Positions 42,270 through 57,027 of a stretch of 64,000 nucleotides of DNA are shown in pieces. Positions within the stretch are counted from its first letter, which is position 1. Every line of letters begins with the position of its first letter. Under the pieces are notes generated by a model, which saw only the letters and a program-made list of their open reading frames with translations, was not told the DNA's origin and searched no databases. Both the position numbers and the translations under genes were made by a program. The stretch is from Octopus vulgaris (lineage: Eukaryota), in NCBI GenBank assembly GCA_951406725.2, contig OX597825.1:37944001-38008000 (forward strand). The letters run 5' to 3'.

Positions 42270-43149
42270 AAATGGAGAAGGAAAAACTATAATATATATT
42301 TGGTTCATTTTATCTGTGTCACAACAGAAAAGTAATGCAAAGTAAAAGTGATACATATAAGAATAAGAATAGAAGAAACCGAATGAAGGAAACAACCCCA
42401 AAATAACCGAAAAATCCTACACATGTTTTAATCAGACAGTATGTTTGAATCATCAACATTCAATCGATTATAGATGTGCAAAATATATATATATATATTG
42501 TCGGATATCTTCAAGGGAAAGTAAGTATATTTTCCGGTCGTGAATTACGAAATAACTAGTGAAATGTCGAGATCCTGACTGCTGCTCAATACTCTGTCAG
42601 CAATGTAAAGGCTGTAAAATATGGCACAGGCTCCTGCAACGGTAACTACGATGACTAGCAAGAAGGGACCCTGTCGGAATACATCACCACGCATTTGATC
42701 AGAGTCTAAGAGCAAATTGAAACAGTTATGAAATGCTTCTGGTGATTGTGGTCAATCTCTGATTGGAGACGTTTGCTGCTGGAAGGCAGGTAAGAATGGC
42801 AGAAGGATCCTCTACGTTGGCTTCGGAGTTAGGGGTGATCGTTGGAGAATTTCTACGAATTCACCAGCTTCAATTGCCTAATTGCAATTTATAAAATAAT
42901 AACATCTAGGGCGTGATTCAGTAAGTCCCCAAATGCCCTGCCTGCATGAACAAGGTTGATGAAAAATATGTTTCAAGATTCTCTCATGCGTGGGTCAGAG
43001 TGAACAACGAATGCGCCGGTTTGGAGTCATCTTTAGGTCGTGGTGGAAATTGATGGTTGTTATTGGTAGTGAAATTTTAATTCTCAGTCATAATGTAGCT
43101 GATTTTTCTGAAATATCATTTAGTGATGGGCACATTATTTTCTTTTCCG

Positions 43150-43213
<64 letters not shown>

Positions 43214-43497
43214 AAATGGAGAAGGAAAAACTATAATATATATTTGGTTCATTTTATCTGTGTCACAACAGAAAAGTAATGCAAAGTAAAAGTGATACAT
43301 ATAAGAATAAGAATAGAAGAAACCGAATGAAGAAAACAACCCCAAAATAACCGAAAAATCCTACACATGTTTTAATCAGACAGTATGTTTGAATCATCAA
43401 CATTCAAAGGATTATAGATGTGCAAAAAATATATATATATTGTCGGATATCTTCAGGGAAAGTAAGTATATTTTCCGGTCGTGAATTACGAAATAAC
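41642..43497. repeat. Direct tandem duplication (41642-42556 and 42557-43497)
   Basis: Both copies start TAGTGAAATG..GAGATCCTGACTGCTGCTC and end GTGAATTACGAAATAAC; about a dozen substitutions or indels and different (TA)n lengths. Confidence 0.95.
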
Positions 43498-43654
43498 TAA
43501 ATTGAGGACTCTGTTTTAAAATCTTCAAACGTAAACAACTGTATAACTTAGACTATTTATAAAAATATATTGCAGAACTTTCATTTAATATATTTGATAA
43601 GGCCAGTTGGTATTTGGATTATTGTTAACAATCACTTACGAATATGTGAGTACT

Positions 43655-45164
<1,510 letters not shown>

Positions 45165-45383
45165 TCCTTAAATCCTTAAAATCCTTTAAAATGTTTTAGC
45201 CCGAAGGTCGCGGCCATGCTGGGGCACCACCGCTGAATGAGCTACACTAATTTGTGAATCCACCTTTGATACGTGGCACTTGATCAACAAGGGAGTTCGG
45301 TGCTGCTGCCCGCATCCGTGTCTCCTGTCGTGAGTTAGGCTCATCTGGGACTCCCGACAAGAAGAGAGCCAGTTTAGTTTTAA
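45165..45383 (-). mobile_element. CR1-like LINE 3' end
   Basis: [60 protein letters not shown]-hairpin-AAAACA, (TTTAAGGA)n tail. Confidence 0.8.
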
Positions 45384-45555
45384 ATATATATATATATACA
45401 TACATATACATATATATACATACATATACATATATATACATATATATATACATATATATACATATACATATATATACATATATATACATATATATATATA
45501 TACATATATATATATACATATATATATACATATATATATATACATATATATATAC

Positions 45556-45598
<43 letters not shown>

Positions 45599-45605
45599 TA
45601 TATAC

Positions 45606-45636
<31 letters not shown>

Positions 45637-45779
45637 CATATATATATACATATATATATACATAAATATATATACATATATATATACACATATATATATA
45701 CATATATATATATATACATATATATATACATATATATATACATATATATATACATATATATATATATACATATATATAC

Positions 45780-45810
<31 letters not shown>

Positions 45811-45825
45811 CATATATATACACAT
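45384..45825. repeat. (TA)nCA compound microsatellite
   Basis: Directly visible. Confidence 0.97.
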
Positions 45826-46428
45826 ATTACCGAGTTGGTGGAAATCTGCAGGGAATTGGCCAGTTAATTCTGAGAAGTGTCAGAACAAGAGGCCAGGAAA
45901 GTATGATGGGCCTAATGATGATATTTGTACTTAGCCGTCTGGACATCTGCTCTCAAATGTGATCAACTCACAGAGTCAAACCAATAGTAGAACTTGAGGT
46001 AGTTCAACTGTGCACACCACGATTACTGCATAACTAGAGTAGCCGAGAGACTGAAAAAGCTAAGGCCCCACTCTCTGAAACGAAGACAAGAGAGATACGC
46101 AGTTATATACGAAGGTGAGTTTGAAACTAAACTTTGGCTTCGACAGCTATTAAATCCCCAAACTGAATTGTTATAAATGTCCCAGCCATCCCGTCGAGAA
46201 TGAATACCCTTTATTGCAATAGCTTGGGTTTAAAGGAACCACAACTATTTAACGCCATGACGAAATATCTGAGAGACCTACAAGAGGTAGGGATAGATAA
46301 TTTCAAGAGAGCATTTGGTTTCCTACTGTCCAAAGTCTCAGAAAGTTAAAAGTTCCATCAACAGTGAATGACATGCAGAGGGCCATTGAAAAGGTAGTAA
46401 CACTGGTAGTGCTCCAGCTTGGCCACAG
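45826..46428 (+). mobile_element. Degenerate CR1-like LINE 3' fragment
   Basis: [57 protein letters not shown]; ends GGTAGTGCTCCAGCTTGGCCACAG. Confidence 0.85.
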
Positions 46429-49400
46429 TATATATATATATATATGGAAATAAACAATGTATATATGCAAAATATGCAAGTACGTATATATATGGATATA
46501 TATATATATATACACGTGCTCACACAAACAGACAGACACGCATACACACACATATGTCTATAAACATATGTACATGTATATAAATACTCATATATCTATA
46601 TGTGTATGTACAAACGCATATATGTATATGTGTGTGAGTGTGTGCGCGCGTGTGTGTATTCATGTATGTATTGGGACTGATAGTAAATTTCTGAGTGGTC
46701 GTGAAATGGATTTTATGCATAGCAGGATGGACTGCTACAAATGGATACAGGTAATGCAAGTGGTAAAGAAGAGTAATGAAACACCATTTATATGCTAAAC
46801 ATTGCATACTATCGCACGGAAAGTTTTCACTAGTGTATATCCGAAAATACCACTGCGCATAACAGTTTCTGATACACAGAACTAGCTCTTCTGAATTTGA
46901 GAGTGGGAAACATCCCCCAGAATTTCTCCTTACTTTACACCATTACAACATGCTCAAATGCTAAGGAGTAATGCAATATAATTCAGTAACCCTTAGTGTA
47001 ATTATACATTCAATATAATAGTTATAAATGTATAAAAAAACAAAGTTATGTTACTAGGAAATATAAAAATAGAAATCTAATTGCATAACAAAAATTTCCC
47101 GTGTGTTAAAACCTAGAAACAACATCAAAAACAACATAGCCGCACGCAGAGGGCATCATAAAACCATAGCATCAAAAACCAACTCAATGAACCAACAGGG
47201 ACAAAAAAAGAAAATCTGGAATGGAATTGTATTTTAATTAAACCACACACCAAGTGTAAACAGCTATAGTCACTAATTTTCATCACCAATGGGAATAACA
47301 TCGAACGTAAACACCTGGCTATATATAGTATATCTAACCCTCATGGTATACTCTACGACTGTGGAATTCACATGAGAAATCAAACAATGCAATCCACAAT
47401 ATGCTGTGTTACACAAAAACGATGTGTTAGTTAAAGCAAGTGTGTCATAGATCTTAGTTCAGATCAGGCAATAACATTCCTAGTGTTGAACAGAATATAT
47501 GTGTGTGTATGTGTGTGTGTGTGTTTGTGCATGTGCGTGTGTGTGAAAATATTGAATTGCCAGACAAACCTCGCTTTTTACAATAAAACTATTACTACGT
47601 TATCAATATCCGACAATTCTTGCTTTGTTTTTTAGATATATGTATGTGTCTGCCTTGAAATATTATAACTTTATAAGATCTAACATTTTTTCATCAATTA
47701 ATGTTTTTATATCGTAGTTTTGTAAGCAGTGGTGTTGTGAACTATGTGAAACAACCAGGAACCTTTAAGTATTTTCTAAAGAATATCATAAACATACATA
47801 AAATAGAATGCAAATATTTTGAAAACCTCTAAAACGGGAGATACAATATATATTGTTATGGAATATATCAACAGTAGTAAATATTGTTTATGAAGGAAAC
47901 ATTTGGACCAGTAATGCTCTTATTGCCATTATTCATGTCACTCTGGAAATATATAACTAAATGGAAAATCGGTTGATCGAGTGTTAAACACGTTTGATTG
48001 ATAAAGAAAAGGTTGGAGGGTAGAGTGAATTGCTGCTGAAATTGTTAAAGGTTCTGAAAATGTTATGTAAAACGAATGTCTGAAAATTTACATATCTATC
48101 AAAGTATATCATATTTAAAAGAAAATGCTGAATGTCACTGTCGTGGAATTATTTCTAAAAATATTTTTCTTACATAAACACAAACCAACTTATATTTAGC
48201 AATAATGTATATTTGTGGTAAGATCCGTGCTGTTCTGAAAAGAAAAGTAGTATGGCAATACAATCGTCTATAATTTAGTTCAAAATTACATTATATTAAA
48301 AATCATGCCAGTCTCTTGTCTTCAATCTTACTAACCTTTCACCCACTGAAAAGCAACTAATTGTATATTACCATCAAATGTTTGTTGTTTTCAACAACTA
48401 ATTAACTGATTATTAAGCTACGATTGATATGTGAATTTATTTTTATACTGCATTTAACTGTAAAACATCACAGGAAGAACAATCTAGCACATTTTATTTC
48501 AATCCATGTGAAAATCTGATTTCTATTTTATAACAATATACTGAGGCTAATATTTACTTTATTACTTTTGATAAGCGGCTGCAGTAAAACCTCACGTTTC
48601 TTCGTGTTCAGTATTGGAGAATTAATGGATAGTACATATTCCCGCATGGTATTCTAAACTTTTAGTGACATTTAACTATTCTCTTTACGAAAGAAACAAG
48701 AAATATCAGACATTAGATATCACAGTTTTTTAAGGTGTATCTTACAAAATCATATTGCTTGGAACAAAACGGTTACTTTAAAATAACGTTCCAACAAATA
48801 CATCAACGTATATTTGTATAAAGTAACCTAAATTTACTTTAATATCAATCTTAGTACCAGAGTCGCATTTCAACAATTGGAGGCCCGGGGCACTTCATGT
48901 TCCGTGGGCTCCTCGTACAGAAGAATTAAATATCAAAACCAATTTTTTCCCTTTAATTGAATCTGATGATGGAGCAGAAGTTTAAATGAACGAATGAAAA
49001 TTTCGCTCTATATGATATGTACACATTTCAACATTCAAATTTTTTCCTCACACATCCACATTATAATGTTTGACTCTTCTGGCCTAAACTTTTTTTATTG
49101 CTAATGCCAGTTACAAATGTTTCAGACTGTGGAGTACTATAAAACGACAGAATATTGCAGGAATAAAACAAAACATTTTAATAGTTGTTCGAAATAGAAG
49201 ATGAGTGTGTGTTTGTGTTTGCGTGTGTGTGGCGGTGTGTGTCTGTGTGTGTGAGGGGGTGGAGATACCAACATTTAAAGAGCATGGATTTTTAAATTGC
49301 TTGCTTTAAAAGAGCTTCCCTTCATTGTTGTGCCTTGCAGGAAAAGAAAAAAGAAGGAAATTCAAACTTAAGCGGAACAGCTCGTTTGAAAGTTTGCTTT

Positions 49401-50565
49401 TCCAGGTTCTAGTAGGAGTTAGGTGGGGTCCAAGGGTCCAGTGAGTAATATTTACCGCATTCTGTTACTTTGAAAACAAATATATTTTGTTGTAAATGTC
49501 CACTACCTTACAAAAGCTATGTCAGCTAAGCAAATTGACCTCCTCTAAATGCAATAAAATCTCTTTAACATATCCAGAACACTATTTCAGAAAATTTTCA
49601 CCGCTCTCTTTCAACATATAAAAGGCAAATTTAGATAGGTCAAAATTATTAAGTTAAGATATGGTAAATTATCTTCACCACTCCAGAATTACATTTGAAA
49701 AAAGATTCATACACATAAACATTAATCCTTAGACATCAGTAAGATCAGAAATGCAACAAAAATTTAAAATATCTTGGTCAACTAAAAGAGGATTATGGAA
49801 AAATAGCACATCATATGAAATTAACGAAACTCGACAAAATCTAAAAACTCAACATAAATTATTCTCTATAGCTTCTTCATGATCAATTGGAGTGGCTCTT
49901 TTCCATTCCATATATATTTATGCACCATGCAGTTAAAGAGGAATGATTATTAACATTAATCACTACTCAGTTTCCCCGATTTAGAATCTTGAAAATTATC
50001 AAATTAGAAACTAGAGTGGGGAAAAAATTGATGTGGAATCCAACAGAGGAACGAATATTGATTGTCAATCACCAACAATTATCCAAATATTTCATTAAGA
50101 ATCATAATTTCTTGAAAAATAACTTCCTGCGACCTGTTTATGCTTCAAACTCTCTCAATGTCAACAACAATAATAACTATACTGACCAATTTTTACTTGC
50201 AAATATGATGCAATTGTACGAAATGGGCATTCAAAACTTACAGTGTAATGTTTTATAACAAGTAATGAGAAAATAAAAGAAGTTGGAAATTACTCAATGC
50301 CCCAGTTACCAAAATTTCCCCACTTCCCTATTTCAAGAGTTTGGCAGAATTATAAAAATTTAGAAAAAAAGAAAGACAAAGGTTCGATTTAATGAAAACT
50401 ATTTAAGCATAAATGCAATAATTCTAAAGCCGAGAAATGCATTTTTCTGTTGAGTAATATAATTTTATAATTAAAATTAAAAAAGTAAATATTGGAACAT
50501 ATTCCTTACATACTTGTTGACGAAAATTGCCAATGCCTCAATGAAATAATTATCTTCTTGAGTAG

Positions 50566-50604
<39 letters not shown>

Positions 50605-50616
50605 TATATATATATA

Positions 50617-50678
<62 letters not shown>

Positions 50679-50688
50679 TATGTGTGTG

Positions 50689-51277
50689 CAGGGCCGGCCT
50701 TAAGCCAATTGGACCGATTGCTCCCAATCGGGTCTCACGCTCAAGGGAGCCCGGCTCTCAAGGAGGTCACATCCTGTACTGCAAAATCTCCTGAAGGGGG
50801 TCTCCCTGACGTTTAAAAAGAACTACATAAAAATGCTCTTTAACAAAAGATATACGTTAGCAACACAAAGATAAACCCATTCGTTCAAAATTGGTTGGGT
50901 CAGGCTTCCTTGTATTTTTAGTGTAAGGGTCAAATTGTATGTGAATGTTTAGGAGTGTTTATGAGCATGCTTGGATAAAATATTTGTGTGTGTGAGTGAA
51001 TGTATGTAGTTGTTTAAGTGTATGGTGAATTGTATGTAGATATGTGTGCGTATCTTTGTGTGTGGCGTCAGTTGCTATAGATATATTTTGTATATGTTTA
51101 ATTTTGGGGAAACTTAATTTCAATTGAAGTGTAATATATATCTCTTTTTCTCTTTTACTTGTTTCAGTCATTTGACTGCGGCCATGCTGGAGCACCGCCT
51201 TTAGTCGAGCAAATCGACCCCGGGACTTATTCTTTGTAAGCCCAGTACTTATTCTATCGGTCTCTTTTGCCGAACCG

Positions 51278-51311
<34 letters not shown>

Positions 51312-52653
51312 GTGCATGTGTGTGTGTGTGTATGTATTAAGGAAGCATAGCAAAAATGATAAAAGCAAAAGGCTAAATGTGTGTGCAAAAGAATTCAATA
51401 TTTTGGCCATAGAAATTTCTGTCAAAGATACATGGTTAAACAAAGGTTACAGTTCAATTAATTTTCCTAGTGGTTTGGTTTGGTCGAGGTCATTGTATTT
51501 TTGTGAATGAATGCGTATGCATGTTGATGCTTGTATGTGTATGATTGTCCGTATATGTATCTTTTCGTGTGTGGTGAATTGTATACATACATACACGCGC
51601 GTGTGTGTGTGTGTATGTGTACAGTGGGGGAGAGAATGAGTTGGGGCGGGGAGATAAAATTTCTTGTTTCTTATTCAAAACAGAAAATCTCTTTACGATG
51701 ACACCCATTCAGGTTTCTGGGACAACCACGAACACAAAGCTACACATACACACCGAGGAGATATTTGGTGTCACACAGTGGTACTAAACCCAGAACCATA
51801 TAGCTAAGAAACAGTCTTCTTGCTACAATGACAACACTGTGTTTACAACAGAGGGTATAGAAAAAATATAAGTTAAGTATATAACCAGCTTCCGAGAATT
51901 CTGATTATTAATTTGCTTTTTATGTATTAGGTCGTCGAGAATGAAAGTTGTAGGAAAGAAAAGCATGCAGTTTCATTCATCAAAGCATGCACCCATATTA
52001 TCAATACCCTTTTGCCATTAATAATCCATTAATGTTCCGAGCTGTCTGTGATGCTGTATTTCCATGAAAGAACTCATATTTCAAAATTGTACGAATTACC
52101 GACTTATCCATCTCTAATCAAAAATAGCAAAAAACGATTTCAAAATACCTTATAAAGCGCAAAATGAGTTAGAACAAAGAAATAGATGTGTCAGATTTCT
52201 AACAAAAAAATAAAGATTAGCAAAATATAATATATAGCGCAAAATAAGCAGCTGTCAAAGTTTACCATATACCTTACTACAGATTTCATACTTGACGATT
52301 TAATATGTCTCTTTTAGCGTAACATCATGTAACAGATAAAATATTCTTTGGTATCTTGTTAAATTTCTTTCTAATTTTTGCCAGAATATTTTTTAAAAGT
52401 ATAGTTTAGATGTAGTTTCGCTTACTGATGGTGAAAAAGTTTGGTAAGTTTATACTTTAACACTTAACTCGATTTCGGTGAGAAATAATGATTTTTCCTC
52501 GTTTCTTTCTTCTTGTGCTATCAACTAAACGCATCTCCTTATATGCTGCAAATGATTTTTTTCCACAGAATTCTGAGGGAGTAGGATAGGGTGGACCCTC
52601 AAAAATCCTCCCTCTCTCCTAATTGGGCTCCGCATCTCCTAAGACAGACCCTG
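50689..52653. mobile_element. hAT-like non-autonomous element nested in (TG)n within the outer element
   Basis: TIRs CAGGGCCGGCCTTA / TAAGACAGACCCTG; subterminal CCCAAT/ATTGGG motifs; TGTGTGTG on both sides. Confidence 0.7.
51146..51280 (-). mobile_element. SINE family A, young 3' fragment
   Basis: Near-identical to 3340-3478. Confidence 0.9.
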
Positions 52654-52897
52654 TGTGTGTGTGTGTGTGACTTTAACTGCAAGTGGTCAACTCAAAATCA
52701 TTGTTCAGCCATGCTTTGAAAGGAGGAATTTGACTTAGAGATCAATAAACTTCTTTCCATCAATCTGATCATCTTTACACACACACACACATACACTCAC
52801 GCACACACTCACATATACACACCCACAAACACACATAGATACATACAAATATACATACTACATTTTCAGGTGTGTTCTGTTTTCCTTTTTTCTGCAG

Positions 52898-52951
52898 TTA
52901 CCCGAAAAGCAGCTACAATTCCCAAGGAAATTGTAGCTGTTCTTTGGGTAA
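52898..52951 (+). other. Near-perfect 54-nt hairpin bounded by splice acceptor and donor motifs
   Basis: TTACCCGAAAAGCAGCTACAATT-CC pairs with GGAAATTGTAGCTGTTCTTTGGGTAA; preceded by TTTTCCTTTTTTCTGCAG; GG|GTAAGA at 52947/52948. Confidence 0.6.
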
Positions 52952-53289
52952 GAAATTGTTTTTTAATTAAATGAATTGGAGTCGCTAAGATGGCAAAATC
53001 TATGGCTATTTATCATAAAATAGAATCCATTATATTTTAAAAAAACCAAGATACCTTTGTATATTGAAAAATAGCCTCTTCACATCAAATAGATGCGAGT
53101 TAGGGGCCACCCTGTAGTGTGTGTACTGAGTGCTGCATATCTCTCGTAGCAGTAGGCTCCCCAATAACAGCGGGGGTCCAGAAAAATTGCACCCTTCACC
53201 ATCCTGTAAACCCGGCACTACTTAGTCCCCCTGAAATTTTAGAACGCTGATATCTGATCACTTCTGTTTCTGTAAACGGAGAATATGTC

Positions 53290-53830
53290 AACACTTTAGA
53301 CGATGAGTATTCATAGCATTCACGATCTACTGGTATGGTGGGGCCTCGAAAGAATGCTATATTTGGACCGCCTTGTTTTTTCCCCTCGGTCTGAAAAACC
53401 TCGTTGGACATATGAAGTAGACAAGAACCTAAACCCTTATTATAGAAACCACCAAGTAACTTATTTGCTGATGAGCATTGATACATATCAAGTGGATAAA
53501 TCTTTCTCACTACGTTCTGAGAGATTTGAATGCGAATATCTCATTACTTGAATGCATCTAACAGAACATGTTTAGAATTATTAGTTACGTTATTATTCAG
53601 ACTCTCGAATTTTTGAGAGCTCCTCATGAGCAATCGGCTTAGCAAACATCGGCACGCATTAATGAATAGTTAGTTTGCTGATTTCTATGAACAAGTGTTT
53701 GCTGTCTTCTCGAATTCATCGGTCCAGAGAGGTAGATTAGACTGAGGAGACGCAGAACAAAGTTGAAACACTCCGGTGTCGCAAAGTCCCCTTAAACAAG
53801 TATATCGCATGTGTTATGAATAAAGATAGT
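53290..53830 (+). mobile_element. Penelope-like 3' remnant (GIY-YIG + pLTR)
   Basis: IYWYGGASKECYIWT (~GIY..YIG), IDTYQVDKSF, hammerhead-like motif, AATAAA. Confidence 0.55.
53742..53780 (+). ncRNA. Hammerhead ribozyme-like motif (intact core, disrupted stem I)
   Basis: CTGAGGA-GAC(loop)GTT-GAAAC-AC(TCCG)GT-GTC. Confidence 0.6.
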
Positions 53831-55810
53831 TTAATAAAAATATATATTCTCTGTTTTTGCAAAATGACATCGACCAGATATTAATATGTGTATCTGCTAG
53901 ACTATACAATGACTGAATGATAAGTTATTGAGCACGCTCCCCATTCATTATAATAATTATCCATATCTTTGTGATGTTTTTGAAATTAATTGAGCGAAAA
54001 TTATGAATATATAAAATGTGACAGCTATTTGTTAATTAAATAACTGATAGACGTTACAAATATAATTTGTTGAACTATCAACCTCAATTTTAGAACTGAA
54101 ATATTAAAATATTGCATTAACTATTTCCGACCACCTTATATTTCAAAATATTTGATATTCAGTCGATATTACTTCATGTGTTACACGAAATAAACATAAT
54201 ATCTGACTAGATTCAAACTACGATGCTTATACTTACACATCCCAAGTAGTGACGCTGTTTACTAGTATGCAACTAACATAAGTTTGTTCGCCATGTGTAA
54301 ACTAAAAGTATGTTATAGGGTATTAGACTGTAATTATGTAACTTTAATGTGTTTTTTCCCATGGAATGTATTTAGCAAAAGTGATTGAAATCATTTATAA
54401 TCATGGATCACAACGAGGCTAAATAGCTGCTTGACTTTTGCTCAAGCTAAACGTATTTCAAATACATATACACCCTTCGAGGATAACTGTATTGCATCAA
54501 TAACAGTGCATTCATCATATGTGTGAAATTATTGCTGCTGTGATAACTGAATCAGTTAAAGCGAAATAACTTCAAGCGTGAACCGAAGTTGCACCTATAT
54601 TCTACCATGTTTGTATAATGACACTCATAAGTGTATATTTAGCAAATACCAAGAATGAACCTCCGAATGGCCTTGCCAAGACAACTGCATTATTTTACAG
54701 CTCTATTGTTAACAATTAGCTGTACTGAATGTGGCTCCCAGAATAAGTGTGTTCATTTCATTATGGAGAAAAAGGGGATACGAAAAGAAATCCAGAAATG
54801 GATTTGATCCGTTGTATGCCAGTTTCTACAGAGCAACATCTAACGATTTATGCTTAAAAATATAGTGATTTTGAACAAACTTCCAAGTTTAACACATTTG
54901 GCATACGTGAATGCTGATACATTTGATGTTTGGTGATTGCTAGAGATATCCATGTAAAATATGGTAACTTCTAAAATCGAGAAATATTTATCTACAGAAT
55001 GCTTTTAGCTATATTAAAAAGGAAAAGTTAATGTGAATAATCATGTCATTGGATGAAACATGAAATGTTTTTAGCCCCAAAACTTACATTTCTTTTCCCC
55101 CCCTCAATGACATATTTGCATACATCAGTATATGCATTTCCATGAAATCGATATTTATCGTTGTGGAAGGAAAACTGGACTACTTAACTTGGAATAAACA
55201 TTATGAATATAAATTTAAACATATAAATCGAAATTTAAAAAGGAACATTTAATTTGAACAAAGAAATAATAGACAGTATTAATAAAAATATTACAATGAC
55301 TGGATTCAGAACACTTCATAAAGAACTCCATATTAATTTATTTACTATATAACTTTTGATGGTAAACTGTATAGACATTTATTGTAGAAGTTTAAAATCT
55401 TATATGCACATAGCACATAACAGATATCTTCCTCCAAAAAACAACAAGCAAAACCATACAAAATAAGAAAATTACACAATTTCTGCTGAACAGTCAGTCG
55501 TACATGACGATCTAGTAAATTGCGTTTCCAGAGTCAAAAATATTGATGATAACAGATCCATTGAAACAAAATTACTAGTATTTACTGTGGAGTATTAACC
55601 TTTGAAACGTATTTATAACAATCCATAACAAATAATTCTATAAGATACATGTCATTAAGTGTATATTCTTAGAGAGAGATTACATTTTATTTATTTAGCT
55701 ACTACATCACTATTACGTTACTATTTTTTTGCGCAGACCTTAACAATATTTTTAGCAATATGCAGCGATAACTCTTGAATATTTTGCAAATGTGATCGTT
55801 ATGTATATGT

Positions 55811-55996
55811 CAAATGAAAGATGGTAGATGGAATATACGAGAATTTATTACTAATCACGACAATTGTATCAACACATCTATCGATTTCTCACGGGTGGAA
55901 CACTCAACAACTGGTTTAGGAGCATCCGGCGGTGCAGATGTATCTCAACGGGTGATAAATAAATTCTCGTATATTCAATCTTCCGTCTTTCATTTG
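55811..55996. mobile_element. Foldback MITE with ~45-bp TIRs
   Basis: CAAATGAAAGATGGTAGATGGAATATACGAGAATTTATT vs reverse complement of the right end CAAATGAAAGACGGAAGATTGAATATACGAGAATTTATT. Confidence 0.85.
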
Positions 55997-57027
55997 CAAC
56001 ACACACACACACACATACACAGACACAGGCACACACAGACACACACAAACACACATACACACATATATATATATACTCATACAAACACATACATGTCAGG
56101 AATACTTCCTTTATTTTTTTCAATCTAGCTTTTGACAATTCCATATAGAACAGATTGGCAAGCCATCGCGCACCCTACACAATTTACAGAAAAAAATTAA
56201 AGTTGTATCCTATCAGCATTTAAAGAGCGCGATTTCATGAGATATAGGGGATGGAAGGGACGAAAATAAAAACCCAATTATATGACTGAAAATTTGTTTT
56301 GGTTTGGGTATTCTCTCAACGTGCAGAATGTCTGAATGTAGTCTATCCGATCTCGAACAATTCTAATAATTTCCGTCATCCAGGCATACATGCAACGTAA
56401 CACTTTAAATAACGTTACAAGACACTCAAAAGGATTTAATCGTGCCTGCAATGCAAACGTATAACTATTTAATACTCGAAAGAAAACAAATTATGTAGCT
56501 CTGTGCAAAGTAAACTTCATACTGTTCATTTACAGTTCCGTTAGATACAATCTTGCACAAAGCATACGAAAATTAAACAATTCCCCTCGGCAAAACAGCT
56601 GAAATTGTTAGAACGTATATATTGAGCTACGATGAACACATGAAGTTCAATCATGCAAAAATCGTACAATTATGCTAGATCTCTTGAAACTCTCAAAACA
56701 TCTAATTAGGACCAATATTCGTAACCGTAAGACGATCAGAAATAGGATACGCATCACTCTGTAATTCCTCAGATAAAACTCTCTAATATAAATTTAGACA
56801 AACTATCCATGAAGCAGCGGTATTACACATTTACATAGTATTTACGTAGTAATACAACACATAAGTTTAAAATTCCGAATGTTTACCCTAAAATCTAGAA
56901 CATGTGCTCCATATGAACATTATATCCACGCATAATACAAATACATAAGTTTCACCAAATTGATAATTAATCTCAAAGGCACAATAACATAAAAAATATA
57001 ATCGATACATCCATAGTATGTACTTAC

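Larger units (their letters stand above)
48858..53220. mobile_element. Old hAT-like DNA transposon (outer element)
   Basis: Ends CAGAGTCGCATTT / AAACCCGGCACTA (imperfect TIR), GC-rich GGGCCC-like subterminal motifs, 8-bp TSD CTTAGTAC (48850-48857) / CTTAGTCC (53221-53228); weak dimerisation-domain remnant at ~52900-53030. Confidence 0.65.

Noticed and set aside
47090-47400. Possible PLE linker remnant (NNIKNNIAA)
   Set aside because: Single short motif; insufficient support
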